64,000 nucleotides of DNA from the NCBI GenBank assembly GCA_038883335.1, contig JAVZMI010000001.1:51696-115695 (forward strand), written 5' to 3'. Both the position numbers and the translations under genes were made by a program. The stretch is from Candidatus Bathyarchaeia archaeon (GTDB taxonomy: Archaea > Thermoproteota > Bathyarchaeia > Hecatellales > Hecatellaceae). Positions 20,899 through 30,766 of the stretch are shown in pieces. The notes below the pieces were generated by a model, which was given only the letters and a program-made list of their open reading frames with translations, was not told the DNA's origin and did no database searches. Position 1 is the first letter of the stretch. Each line of letters opens with the position of its first letter.

Positions 20899-22200
20899 TT
20901 AGAGGATTCTCATATACTCGTAGGCTTTGATTTTCGAGTTGAAAGCATATTTTATGGTTTGGAATCTTCCAATAAACTCGCCGACCTCGCTTGCCACCTC
21001 CTTTTGGTCTCTACCATCTATAACTGTCTGCTTTATGAACTCGGCTACCTGTTGCATATCGGTCTCCTTCATCCCCAACCGCGTCACCTCCTGAACTCCA
21101 AGCCTTATTCCGCTGGGTGCATCTACCTTTTTCAAGTCGTCCCAGGGAAGGAGGTTCTTATTACATATTATATTAGCCTGCTCCAACATGCCTGATACGT
21201 AGTCCCCACCGCCAAACTTCGCCACATCGACCAAAACTTGGTGTGACTCAGTGAAGTCTTTGTGGCTACATAAAACATTGAACCCCAGACTGTGCAGAGC
21301 CTCTGCAAGCGCTTTGGCATTCTTAACGATTTGAGCTGCATACTCTTTTCCATACTTTTCCATCTCTGCCAGAGCAATAGCCAAACCTGCTAATCGGTGG
21401 AGGTGGTGGTTGCTAGTCAAACCTGGGAAGACAGCCTTGTCAACGTTCGCTTCAAGTTTCTTCTCACAGAATATTATGCCGCCTTGAGGGCCGGGAAATG
21501 TCTTATGAGTGCTTCCTGGTATGATATGTGCACCTTCTCTGTAGGGATCCTGAAACATCCCCCCAGCGATTAAACCTAGGACGTGAGCTGCGTCGTAACC
21601 CAGATAACCGCCATACTCTTCCACAGCCTCTCTCATCTCCCGTACAGGTTGTGGGAATAGAATGACGCTTCCACCAAGCAGAACTAGGGTAGGTTTCGTC
21701 TCGGTTATGCTCTTAACAGCGGCTTCCGTATCAATATTCATCTCCTTAGGGTCGAATGGGATGGGCTTAACCCTCAACCCTCGAACCCCAGCCCCCCCAA
21801 ACTCCATATAGCTTATATGCCCTCCATTCGGCACCCCCAAAGACATAATTGTATCACCTGGCTTAGTTAGGGCGTAGAACATGGCTAATACTGCTTGGCA
21901 TCCTGAGATAGGAACTACATTAACATGGTCAACCCTGAAAAGTCGTTCAGCCAACTGGACAGCTATGGTTTCTATCTCGTCTATGTATCTGGAGCCGCGG
22001 TAGTGTCTGTGGGAGGGTTTACCTTCAGCGTATCTGTGAGCTAAATCGGATGTTAGAACTTCTCGAATAGCTGGGCTTGTTATGTTCTCGCTTGCTATGA
22101 GGTTTATGCACCGCCCCCGCCATTCGTTATGCTTCATCACAAGGTCGCGTACCATCTCAACAACCGAGGTAGACAACGTGGACTTGGCGTCACCATGCAA
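20899..22200 (-). CDS. glyA: Serine hydroxymethyltransferase
   Basis: 433 aa with NLIASENITSPAIREVLTSDLAHRYAEG and the PLP-lysine region GSTHKTFPGPQGG. Confidence 0.9.
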   Translation of the reverse strand: MHGDAKSTLSTSVVEMVRDLVMKHNEWRGRCINLIASENITSPAIREVLTSDLAHRYAEGKPSHRHYRGSRYIDEIETIAVQLAERLFRVDHVNVVPISGCQAVLAMFYALTKPGDTIMSLGVPNGGHISYMEFGGAGVRGLRVKPIPFDPKEMNIDTEAAVKSITETKPTLVLLGGSVILFPQPVREMREAVEEYGGYLGYDAAHVLGLIAGGMFQDPYREGAHIIPGSTHKTFPGPQGGIIFCEKKLEANVDKAVFPGLTSNHHLHRLAGLAIALAEMEKYGKEYAAQIVKNAKALAEALHSLGFNVLCSHKDFTESHQVLVDVAKFGGGDYVSGMLEQANIICNKNLLPWDDLKKVDAPSGIRLGVQEVTRLGMKETDMQQVAEFIKQTVIDGRDQKEVASEVGEFIGRFQTIKYAFNSKIKAYEYMRIL

Positions 22201-22423
22201 AGCCTAACACCAAACCATGATAGATTAAAGCTGATCGCTAACTACTAACCAAAGGTAACCAATTTAAATATTACCTGTTGAAAGGGAGCATCGAACGAGT
22301 CAGCATATGCCAGCTCCGATTAGTGGCATGTTATTTTCAGATTTTAATAGATGGCATCCTAAAGGGGCATACCCGGAAAAACTCGGCTGGCTGGGTTATA
22401 TGTCTGCGGTTACCTCTTTTGCT

Positions 22424-23764
22424 CTACTTGGGTGGGGCGTCATTCTTAATCTCGAAACCCACCTTCCTTGCGAGTTCTTTAAATTCTTCCTCGGTGAATG
22501 CGAACCTTCGTTCTCCTCTCATAAACTCATCTCTGATTAGTTCGACGAGTTTGAGGAGTCTGCTGTCTTTTTCATCGACTTTTTCACCTATGACGTCTTC
22601 GACCTTCATCTGTATGCCATACTTCCCAGACCTCTTCCCAATCACAACCCTCCTCTCTTGGCCGACCAGCTCTGGCGGGAAAATCTCATAGGTGAGTGGG
22701 TGCATCTTTAACCCGAAGAGGTGAATACCCGACTCATGCTCAAACGCTGCATCGCCAACTATCGCTTTGTTTAGAGGGAGGTGATAGTTCAACGATGAGG
22801 CAAGAAAGTTGGCCATCTCTCTAAGATATTTGAGATTCCACTTCTTTACATTGTAGTGGAGGTAACAGTTCATTATAATTTTCTCTGTCTCCGCGTTCCC
22901 AGCTCGGTCACCTATCCCCAAGAAGGTTGTGCTCGCGTAGACCTTATCGTATAGCCCAGAAGCAGCCCTAATGGCAGCCATCGTATTTTCCACGGCATTA
23001 CCAAGATCGTCATGCGCGTGGATCTCGACGTACGGTATACGGGTTTCCTTTTTTATTCGCTTGATCTTCTCCGGTATACCGGCTGGGAGAGGTGCCTTTT
23101 GGTCTGATAATCCACAGCCTACAGTGTCGCATATGCGGTAAGTGATCGCCCCCGCATCGGCAACAGCGTTTATGAACTTCTTCTCAAAGCTCCAGTCAGC
23201 ACGTGTACTATCCTCCCCATGAACGAAGACTTGAAGGCCATGCTTCCGTGCATAAATTACGCTATCCACGACTTTATCAACCAGTTCTCCAAGGCTCTTC
23301 TCAGACCACTTTACAAAGTGGATATAGGATACAGGGTGAGAGATCCCAACCTGCTCGAAGCCAAACTTCAAAGCTATATCGATATCTTCTATTGCTGCTC
23401 GGCACCAAGCGGCAAGAAGCTTCCCTAATCCTGCATCCTGCATCTTCTTGACGGCTTCTTGGTCCGTCTTTGTGAAAGTCATCACCTCAATTCTCTCTAT
23501 GCCAATGTCTCTAAGCAAACAGCCGATCTTGCACATGTCGTCTGAGGATGGGGAAGTTAGTCCAGCCATCTGTAGTCCCTCCCGTAGGGTGGTGTCGTCC
23601 ATAATAACATCGGTCTGGAGGTTTCTCGGTTTATATATAAACTCCTTGAGTTCCTCCCATTTACCTGTCTCTAGTGGTTTCACACCCACAGATCTAATAT
23701 ACTCGGCGTAACGGAGACGCTTCGCATCCTCGGCCTTGAAGGATTGTTTACCCACCTTTTTCAC
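22424..23764 (-). CDS. HMGL-like (DRE-TIM metallolyase) enzyme of the 2-isopropylmalate/homocitrate/citramalate synthase family
   Basis: 446 aa. The N-terminal DDTTLREGLQ matches the DTTLRDGEQ motif, and HAHDDLGNAVENTMAAIRAAS matches HxHNDxG. Both motifs are divergent, so substrate specificity is unclear. There is an N-terminal extension of about 55 aa. Confidence 0.6.
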   Translation of the reverse strand: MKKVGKQSFKAEDAKRLRYAEYIRSVGVKPLETGKWEELKEFIYKPRNLQTDVIMDDTTLREGLQMAGLTSPSSDDMCKIGCLLRDIGIERIEVMTFTKTDQEAVKKMQDAGLGKLLAAWCRAAIEDIDIALKFGFEQVGISHPVSYIHFVKWSEKSLGELVDKVVDSVIYARKHGLQVFVHGEDSTRADWSFEKKFINAVADAGAITYRICDTVGCGLSDQKAPLPAGIPEKIKRIKKETRIPYVEIHAHDDLGNAVENTMAAIRAASGLYDKVYASTTFLGIGDRAGNAETEKIIMNCYLHYNVKKWNLKYLREMANFLASSLNYHLPLNKAIVGDAAFEHESGIHLFGLKMHPLTYEIFPPELVGQERRVVIGKRSGKYGIQMKVEDVIGEKVDEKDSRLLKLVELIRDEFMRGERRFAFTEEEFKELARKVGFEIKNDAPPK

Positions 23765-23922
23765 AGTTTAACCCTTCTATGTCTCTAACCGCTAGAACTC
23801 GTAGGGTCCTTTGGGTCGTAGAGCTAATCCACTAGATCTCCATTTAAATCTTTTCAAAACATGAACCATGCTAGAAACACTTTTAGCGTTAAACCTTGTA
23901 AGGTTAGTCAAGTTCAGGTTAT

Positions 23923-25167
23923 TTGGAGTATAGAGGGATGTTCCTCATAAGATGTATAGGTTGCGGAGAGATATACAGTAAAGAGGAGGTCGTATACACG
24001 TGTAGAAGATGCGGGGACCTCCTCAACATCGAGTATGACTACCCGGCAATCAAACGCGAACTTAGACTAGATGAGCTGAGTGAAAGACCCTTAGGCGTTT
24101 GGAAGTATAGGAAGCTCCTCCCAATCACCAATCCTCATCTAGCTGTCTCTCTTATGGAGGGTGGGACAAGACTGCACAGGTGCGAAGGCTTAGCTACTAA
24201 ACTGGGCGTCAGAGAGCTTTATGTAAAGAATGAAGGTGACAACCCAACGGGCTCCTTCAAGGACCGCGGAATGACCGTAGGGGTGACGAAGGCATTAGAA
24301 TTAAGAGCTAGGACGGTCATCTGTGCCTCTACAGGGAACACATCAGCCTCCCTCTCCGCCTACGCAGCTAAAGCAGGCTTAAGGTGTATCGTATTCATTC
24401 CTTCCGGTAAGATCGCCTATGGAAAGCTTGCTCAAGCTATGGTCTATGGCGCGGAGGTAATACAGATCCTCGGTAACTTTGATCATGCTCTCAAGTTGGC
24501 TAGGGAACTCTGTGATCGAAATAAGGAGATATACCTTCTAAACTCCATCAATCCGTATCGTGTCGAAGGACAGAAGACCTTGGCATATGAGCTCTGTGAG
24601 CAGCTAAACTTCAAGGTTCCAGATAAAGTCATAGTTCCTGTAGGGAATGCCGCAAACATTTCAGCTATCTGGAAAGGCTTCCTAGAGTTTAGAAAACTTG
24701 GTTTCACAGATTCTCTCCCGGAGATGGTTGGGATCCAAGCTGAGGGGGCGTCTCCAATAGTCAGAGCTTTCAAGGAGGGACGTGATACGATAGAACCGGT
24801 GAAGACGCCTGAGACAGTCGCCACAGCTATCAGAATAGGTCACCCAGTCAGCTGGAAGAAAGCTCTCCAAGCAATAAGAGACTCTGGCGGCACAGCGGAG
24901 GCTGTCACCGATGAGGAGATTCTTGAAGCGCAGAAACTTCTAGCTCGGAGGGAGGGACTCTTCGTGGAGCCGGCGAGCGCCTCCTCTATCGCTGGGCTGA
25001 GAAGGCTATTAGGGGAAGGCCGGATTGCCAAGGACGATCTCGTGGTATGCGTGGCTACAGGCCACGGGTTGAAGGATGCTGATATAGTTATCAAGACCTG
25101 TGAGAAGCCCGCAGAGATCGAAGCCAGCATGGAATCCGTTAAGAGGGCACTAGGTGTCCAAAGTTGA
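23923..25167 (+). CDS. thrC: Threonine synthase
   Basis: 414 aa. The N-terminal Zn-ribbon is CIGCGE...CRRCGD, and the PLP-lysine motif is NPTGSFKDRGMTV. Confidence 0.85.
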   Translation: MEYRGMFLIRCIGCGEIYSKEEVVYTCRRCGDLLNIEYDYPAIKRELRLDELSERPLGVWKYRKLLPITNPHLAVSLMEGGTRLHRCEGLATKLGVRELYVKNEGDNPTGSFKDRGMTVGVTKALELRARTVICASTGNTSASLSAYAAKAGLRCIVFIPSGKIAYGKLAQAMVYGAEVIQILGNFDHALKLARELCDRNKEIYLLNSINPYRVEGQKTLAYELCEQLNFKVPDKVIVPVGNAANISAIWKGFLEFRKLGFTDSLPEMVGIQAEGASPIVRAFKEGRDTIEPVKTPETVATAIRIGHPVSWKKALQAIRDSGGTAEAVTDEEILEAQKLLARREGLFVEPASASSIAGLRRLLGEGRIAKDDLVVCVATGHGLKDADIVIKTCEKPAEIEASMESVKRALGVQS

Positions 25168-26189
25168 GGATAATAATCGTTGGTTTCGGTGTAGTTGGGC
25201 AAAGCTTCGCAAGGATGCTGTCTCTACGCTCATCGGAACTCGCCAAAAAATATGGCGTCCGCCCGGTAATCGTAGCTGTAGTAGACAAGGGCGGCGCCGC
25301 GGTTGATGTAAAGGGCATCAATGTAGACAGGCTTCTTTCCACAAAAAGGGAGAGAGGTACTGTAGCAGCAGACCCGCATCATGGGAGACCTGAACTCTCG
25401 GCTTTAGAGATAATAAATGATGCTGCCGCCGAGGTTGTGGTGGAACTTACACCCACTAATATAAATGATGGGGAGCCGGGGTTATCTCACATAATGGCTG
25501 CCCTAAAAGCTGAAAAGCATGTGATAACTACAAATAAGGGTCCCTTAGCGCTCGCCTTCCCAGCTCTTCAGGAACTTGCCAACCATAACCGCAGGCTGTT
25601 GAGGTTCAGTGGGGCTGTGGGTGGAGGGACACCTATATTGGACTTCGCCAAGAAGTGTCTCCCCGGCGACGCTATACTCTCAGTTCGGGGCATCCTGAAT
25701 GGTACTACCAATTATATACTCTCCAAGATGGCCATGGAGAGAGTGTCATTTGACGAGGCATTAGCTGAGGCTCAGAGGCTTGGCTATGCGGAGAGGGATC
25801 CTTCCATGGATATCGATGGACTAGACACTGCCTGCAAACTGGTTATAATAGCCAACTGTGTCATGGGTTTGAGGGTTACACTTAAAGATGTGAGAGTAGA
25901 GGGTATTAGGAAAGTAACATCCAAAGCCGTAGAGGAGGCTGCAGCCAAGGGCTACGAAATAAAGCTCCTAGGGACAATAAACGGGGCTTTGAATGTTTCA
26001 CCTCAACTGATACCTAAAGGCGATCCTCTCTGTGTCAATGGCGTATTAAATGCGGTGACTTATGTCTCAAAGTACGCCGGGGAAGAGACTGTGATAGGTA
26101 GGGGCGCTGGAGGGGTTGAGACAGCTAGCGCCATCCTCAGAGATTTAATCGAGATAAAACGAAGCCTCTCCCAGCGGTATATTGATTGA
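25164..26189 (+). CDS. hom: Homoserine dehydrogenase
   Basis: 341 aa with the N-terminal Rossmann motif IIVGFGVVGQ and the catalytic-domain motif GTTNYILSKM. Confidence 0.85.
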   Translation: MRIIIVGFGVVGQSFARMLSLRSSELAKKYGVRPVIVAVVDKGGAAVDVKGINVDRLLSTKRERGTVAADPHHGRPELSALEIINDAAAEVVVELTPTNINDGEPGLSHIMAALKAEKHVITTNKGPLALAFPALQELANHNRRLLRFSGAVGGGTPILDFAKKCLPGDAILSVRGILNGTTNYILSKMAMERVSFDEALAEAQRLGYAERDPSMDIDGLDTACKLVIIANCVMGLRVTLKDVRVEGIRKVTSKAVEEAAAKGYEIKLLGTINGALNVSPQLIPKGDPLCVNGVLNAVTYVSKYAGEETVIGRGAGGVETASAILRDLIEIKRSLSQRYID

Positions 26190-26264
26190 ATTAAATAGCT
26201 GACCCGTGGTTTTGCATGTAAGGAAAATCTAAAGCGGAACAAGACTGGTCAATCTCTAGGAGGA

Positions 26265-27530
26265 GTGGCTGTGAAGTTTGTGTTGATAATCGGCGATGGC
26301 ATGGCAGATTACCCATTGGAAGAGCTGGATGGAAAAACACCATTACAAGTGGCGGAACACCCTAACATGGACCACCTAACCTCCCGTGGAGTTTGCGGAA
26401 CCCTGAGAACGCTCCCTAGAGGCTTGGACACTGGCACAGACGTAGCCACATTATCTATTTTAGGCTACGACCCTAGAATATGCTACACCGGGAGAGGTCC
26501 ACTCGAGGCTGCGAACATGGGACTCGCCCTCGGAGAGGGCGACATCGCTTTCAGATGCAATCTTGTGACGGTTAAGAACGATATTCTAGTTGACCACTCT
26601 GCAGGGCACATAAACTCTGAGTCTGCGCGGAAGCTGGTAAGCCGTCTAAAGGAGGTCTTCGCTAAGGAAGGTGAGGTGGAGTTTTATGCAGGGGTGAGCT
26701 TTCGAAATATCATGCTTTTGAAGGGTGGCAAATATTCGGAGAAGGTAAGGTGCACCCCACCCCACGACATTATAGGGAAGCCCTTCAAAAGACATCTTGT
26801 CAAACCCCTTGATGAGAGTGGCGCGGAGACAGCAAGCATTCTAAACGATATGGTAATCAGGTCTGAGAGGATTCTCTCCGAACATCCCATTAACCTAGAG
26901 AGGGTCAAGGCTGGGGTGAACCCTGGGAACTTGATGTGGCCCTGGGGTCACGGGAGAAAACCGCAGCTTCACCCTCTAAAAGAAAAATTTGGAGTCAGGG
27001 GTGCCGTCATCTCCGCTGTAGACATCGTAAACGGCATCGGCGTATGCGTTGGGATGGATGTGGTGAAGGTTCCAGGCGCCACAGGTTACCATGATACCAA
27101 CTATGAAGGAAAAGCTGACTACGCCTTGAAGAGCCTAGAAGACCACGATCTCGTCCTCGTACACGTAGAAGCACCCGATGAGGCCAGTCATATTGGAGAC
27201 CTAAAATTAAAGATTAAAACGATAGAGGATCTCGACAGGCGGCTTGTGGGAAGAATTCTCGGAGGCTTAAAAGGTGAGTATACCATTGCAGTTCTAACAG
27301 ACCATCTGACCCCAACCGCCAAAAGGACACATAGGAGGGGGCCTGTGCCGGTCGCAGTATACTCTACAGCCATAAACCGAGGGGACGGTGTGAAACATTT
27401 TGACGAATACTCCGTGAGGAAGGGGTCACTGCGTGTCCGGGAGGGCTATAAATTTATGCCACTCTTCCTAAGTATAGGTAGCCTTTCTAAGGGTAGGTGC
27501 AATAGTGGGAATATGCAAGGTATGCGGTAA
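26265..27530 (+). CDS. apgM: 2,3-bisphosphoglycerate-independent phosphoglycerate mutase, archaeal type
   Basis: 421 aa with the N-terminus KFVLIIGDGMADYPL and a metalloenzyme core typical of archaeal iPGM. Confidence 0.85.
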   Translation: MAVKFVLIIGDGMADYPLEELDGKTPLQVAEHPNMDHLTSRGVCGTLRTLPRGLDTGTDVATLSILGYDPRICYTGRGPLEAANMGLALGEGDIAFRCNLVTVKNDILVDHSAGHINSESARKLVSRLKEVFAKEGEVEFYAGVSFRNIMLLKGGKYSEKVRCTPPHDIIGKPFKRHLVKPLDESGAETASILNDMVIRSERILSEHPINLERVKAGVNPGNLMWPWGHGRKPQLHPLKEKFGVRGAVISAVDIVNGIGVCVGMDVVKVPGATGYHDTNYEGKADYALKSLEDHDLVLVHVEAPDEASHIGDLKLKIKTIEDLDRRLVGRILGGLKGEYTIAVLTDHLTPTAKRTHRRGPVPVAVYSTAINRGDGVKHFDEYSVRKGSLRVREGYKFMPLFLSIGSLSKGRCNSGNMQGMR

Positions 27531-28614
27531 AGATTCTCATCTCATATCTGACGGTCTGGGTGTATGTCTCGAATGTATCAGAAACAAGCCGGAAGAGGCT
27601 TTGAGAGTAACAGGCGAAGCCCACGCAGCCAGTAGGAGGAGTTTCAACCTTCCAGAATTTCCTCCAAGAAACCACGCCGGGCTTGTCTGCGGCGGCTGCG
27701 CTAACGACTGTAAAATCGGCGAAGGACAGCTTGGCTACTGTGGGCTTGTTATCAATGTTGAGGGTAGGCTTCTTCGTTATGGTGGAACACATCAAGAGGC
27801 CGTCTTGGAGTGGTACTATGATCCTCTCCCAACTAATTGTGTAGCTTGGTGGTTCTGCCCAGGCTGCACCGGAGCCGGATACCCAAAATACGCCTACACA
27901 TCAGGTCCTGAGGTTGGCCGGTTTAATCTCGCGGTCTTTTATGGCGCCTGCTCTTACGACTGTCTTTACTGCCAGAACTGGCACTACCGCCGCAATGCTT
28001 CATTGCGGAGCCCAAGGATGAGCGCCGAGGAGTTAGCCTCGAAGGTTACCTCTGATGTTTCATGTATCTGCTTCTTCGGGGGAGACCCAAGTCCTCAGAT
28101 GCCTCATGCCCTGAAGACAAGCGAGATCGCCATTGAGAGGGCCGCCGGAGGTATCCTGCGGATCTGTTGGGAGTCAAACGGCCACATGAGGAGAGAATAC
28201 GCTAGACGTGCCGCTGAGCTCTCGCTGAAGAGCGGTGGCAACATTAAGTTTGATCTAAAGAGTTGGAGTGAATCTCTAAATATGGCTCTCTGCGGGGTCT
28301 CAAATAGGCTAGCGTTAGAGAACTTTGAGATGATCGGGAGAGAGTTCTTCGAGGCTAGGGCTGAACTCCCTCTCCTCAATGCAAGCACCCTACTTGTCCC
28401 CGGGTACATAGATGAGGCTGAGGTATACTCGATAGCTTCTTTCATCGCGGGGATAAACCCCAGGATACCTTATACGCTTTTGGGTTTCTGCCCAAGATTC
28501 GTTATGGGTGATCTGCCTACTACCAGACGTAAGACAGCTTACGCGTGCCTCGAGGCCGCTAAGCGTGCCGGGCTTGAGAAGATTAGGATAGGGAACATTC
28601 ACCTACTCCATTAA
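27505..28614 (+). CDS. Radical SAM enzyme, AmmeMemoRadiSam-type (pyruvate-formate-lyase-activase-like)
   Basis: 369 aa. The radical SAM cluster motif is CSYDCLYCQNW. The preceding cysteine motif CGGCANDCKIGEGQLGYCGL is typical of the AmmeMemoRadiSam subfamily. A further N-terminal Zn-ribbon reads CKVCG...CLEC. Confidence 0.7.
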   Translation: MGICKVCGKDSHLISDGLGVCLECIRNKPEEALRVTGEAHAASRRSFNLPEFPPRNHAGLVCGGCANDCKIGEGQLGYCGLVINVEGRLLRYGGTHQEAVLEWYYDPLPTNCVAWWFCPGCTGAGYPKYAYTSGPEVGRFNLAVFYGACSYDCLYCQNWHYRRNASLRSPRMSAEELASKVTSDVSCICFFGGDPSPQMPHALKTSEIAIERAAGGILRICWESNGHMRREYARRAAELSLKSGGNIKFDLKSWSESLNMALCGVSNRLALENFEMIGREFFEARAELPLLNASTLLVPGYIDEAEVYSIASFIAGINPRIPYTLLGFCPRFVMGDLPTTRRKTAYACLEAAKRAGLEKIRIGNIHLLH

Positions 28615-28634
28615 TATGTGAGAGAACAGGTGTC

Positions 28635-28856
28635 TCATGAGGAGCTTTGCTTTCTGTCTCGCCTCATCAGCAGATATCCACAGATGGAGAAGACCATGGG
28701 TGTATATACAATGAATATGTTAAACTCGGATGTAAATAGCCTTACAACCACATTGTAATATCCCAACACATCCCAGCATAAAGTTAAGATGCCAACTGCT
28801 GTCAGTATGATGGTCGCAATCCGCCAACTTTTAAGGTCTTCCAAGTTTAGCGTCAC
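28635..28856 (-). CDS. Small hydrophobic protein (two predicted TM helices), hypothetical
   Basis: 73 aa ORF with hydrophobic stretches and no recognisable motif. Confidence 0.2.
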   Translation of the reverse strand: MTLNLEDLKSWRIATIILTAVGILTLCWDVLGYYNVVVRLFTSEFNIFIVYTPMVFSICGYLLMRRDRKQSSS

Positions 28857-28900
28857 TCACATAAGCAATGTTAAGGTAGGTATTATGCTTTAGCGATGTC

Positions 28901-29170
28901 TTATCCCCGACAAATTTTTTGCACGTCAACATCAGATGTGGTGCCGTCTGGTAGTTGTCTTCTTATCGTGATTGGGAGGACGCCTTTTCTAAGTTCAAGT
29001 ATGGCGAGATCTATAGGTTTAGTGACCCCTTTTGGTGGGGTTATGAGGAGTGGGGCTCCGAGCGCTATCTGTAATGCGCGGGCTCCTATAATTCTAGCCT
29101 CCTCGAATCTGGTAAGTTTTGGTGGTCCTATTATCGCGGTATCGTTACTATCGAAAACTGTTGAGGTTAT
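28901..29170 (-). CDS. rpoK: DNA-directed RNA polymerase subunit Rpo6/K (omega-like)
   Basis: It is absent from the ORF track. The reverse-strand frame reads ...[68 protein letters not shown]...*. This matches the Rpo6 consensus ([15 protein letters not shown], GVLPITIRR). No ATG/GTG/TTG lies in frame between the upstream stop and the conserved core, so the start codon is unresolved (ATA at 29170 or 29134 would be needed). Confidence 0.6.
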   Translation of the reverse strand: MTSTVFDSNDTAIIGPPKLTRFEEARIIGARALQIALGAPLLITPPKGVTKPIDLAILELRKGVLPITIRRQLPDGTTSDVDVQKICRG

Positions 29171-29385
29171 ACCCAGTTACACATCACCGCATTAGAATTT
29201 CTAAATGCACCTTTTCGAATTATATTTTCTAATATAAAACTTACCATGGGGCTAGATTCAAAGTGTGATAATAGGCTACACTGGTGGTTACCGGTATTTT
29301 GTTCTGAAAGAGACGGATCTCTTATATACCTGTTGCCAACACGAATAATCAATTATCCTATAATAATCGATTAATATTAGGGCAG

Positions 29386-30519
29386 ATGTGTGGAGAATTG
29401 CGCAGAATTATTCCAATAGCCCACCCCCTGATTGGAAGGGAGGAGATAGACGCTGTAACCTCCGTCTTGAAGAGCGGGATACTTACGAGCAAACATGGAG
29501 ACGGCCCCTATGTGAAAAGATTCGAAGAGACCTTTGCGAAGTACATCGGGGTCAAGTATGCTCTGACTATGAGTTCTGGAACGGCTGCCTTGCATGCCTC
29601 TCTCATGGCTGCAGAGGTGCAGAGTGGTGATGAGGTGATAGTTCCCAGTTTCGCTTTTGCTGCTGTCTCTGAGGCTGTAGTGCTTGCAGGAGCTAAACCA
29701 GTCTTCGTGGATATTGATCCACAAACTTTCTGCATGGATCCCTCCTCTTTCGAGTCAGCTATTACGAGTAAAACGCGTGCAGTCATTCCAGTGCACCTGT
29801 TTGGTCTCATGGCTGATATGGAGAAAATATGTGAAATCGCTAGGAAGCATGATATAATTATAATCGAAGACTGTGCTCAAGCTCATGGAGCTGCGTATAA
29901 TGGGAGGAAAGCTGGTTCCATAGGGGATTTCGGCTGCTTCAGCTTCTACGCGTCAAAGAATATGACTACAGGTGAAGGCGGTATGGTGACTGTGAACCGT
30001 AGAGAGTATGCGGAGGCTCTTGCGTCGATAAGGAACCATGGGGAAGGTAAGCTCTACAACAGCGAAAGAGTGGGTCATAACTATAGGATGTCTGAGGTTG
30101 CTGCCGCTATAGGTTATAACCAGCTTTTAAAACTTCCAAGGTTTAATGATGCGCGAAGGCGGAATGCGAATAAATTAACATCACTACTCGAGGCATCGGG
30201 GAAACTTATACTCCCTCAAGAGCCGCAGGGATACAGCCACAGCTGGTATGTTTATACTGTAAGGTTGAGGGGCAGTAGGGCTGGTGAGAGGGATAAGGTA
30301 GTAGATAAACTCGTAAATTCTGGAATCCAGGCTGCAGTCTACTATCGCACGCCACTTCACCTCTCGCCGTTGTATAGAAGGAGATATGGTTACAGACGTG
30401 GGGCACTACCAAAGACTGAGACTGCGGCGAGGCAGGTTTTCTCTCTCCCAGTCCACCCCGGGCTCACAGACGAAGACCTAGAGTTTATCGCTCAGAGGCT
30501 GAGTAAGGTAATCGATTAA
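29386..30519 (+). CDS. DegT/DnrJ/EryC1/StrS-family PLP-dependent sugar aminotransferase
   Basis: 377 aa with GDEVIVPSFAFAAVSEAV, the PLP-lysine region FSFYASKNMTTGEGGMV and HGEGKLYNSERVGHNYRMSE. Confidence 0.85.
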   Translation: MCGELRRIIPIAHPLIGREEIDAVTSVLKSGILTSKHGDGPYVKRFEETFAKYIGVKYALTMSSGTAALHASLMAAEVQSGDEVIVPSFAFAAVSEAVVLAGAKPVFVDIDPQTFCMDPSSFESAITSKTRAVIPVHLFGLMADMEKICEIARKHDIIIIEDCAQAHGAAYNGRKAGSIGDFGCFSFYASKNMTTGEGGMVTVNRREYAEALASIRNHGEGKLYNSERVGHNYRMSEVAAAIGYNQLLKLPRFNDARRRNANKLTSLLEASGKLILPQEPQGYSHSWYVYTVRLRGSRAGERDKVVDKLVNSGIQAAVYYRTPLHLSPLYRRRYGYRRGALPKTETAARQVFSLPVHPGLTDEDLEFIAQRLSKVID

Positions 30520-30766
30520 GTAATTGGCCAGTCTATCATTTAGACTACTCAGGAACTGATGATACAGAATAACGAGGAGGGGCATGTTACTGCATTAAAA
30601 ATTCCCAGTTATACTGAGTTTATGTAGGCGTCACATAGGTGCCTTCTAGGTTTGGTTTTTCGATTATCTTTATATGTTGGTTTGCGGTTATAGGGTAATC
30701 GGTGTCTCTTTCGCGGCTGCCCTCATCTTGGGGTTATCTTTGCTGGATAAGCCGCGTCTGAGGTCG

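Noticed and set aside
28896-29195. Plus-strand 99-aa ORF ([11 protein letters not shown]...)
   Set aside because: It is exactly antisense to the strongly conserved Rpo6/rpoK reading frame and has no recognisable features, so it is a shadow ORF.
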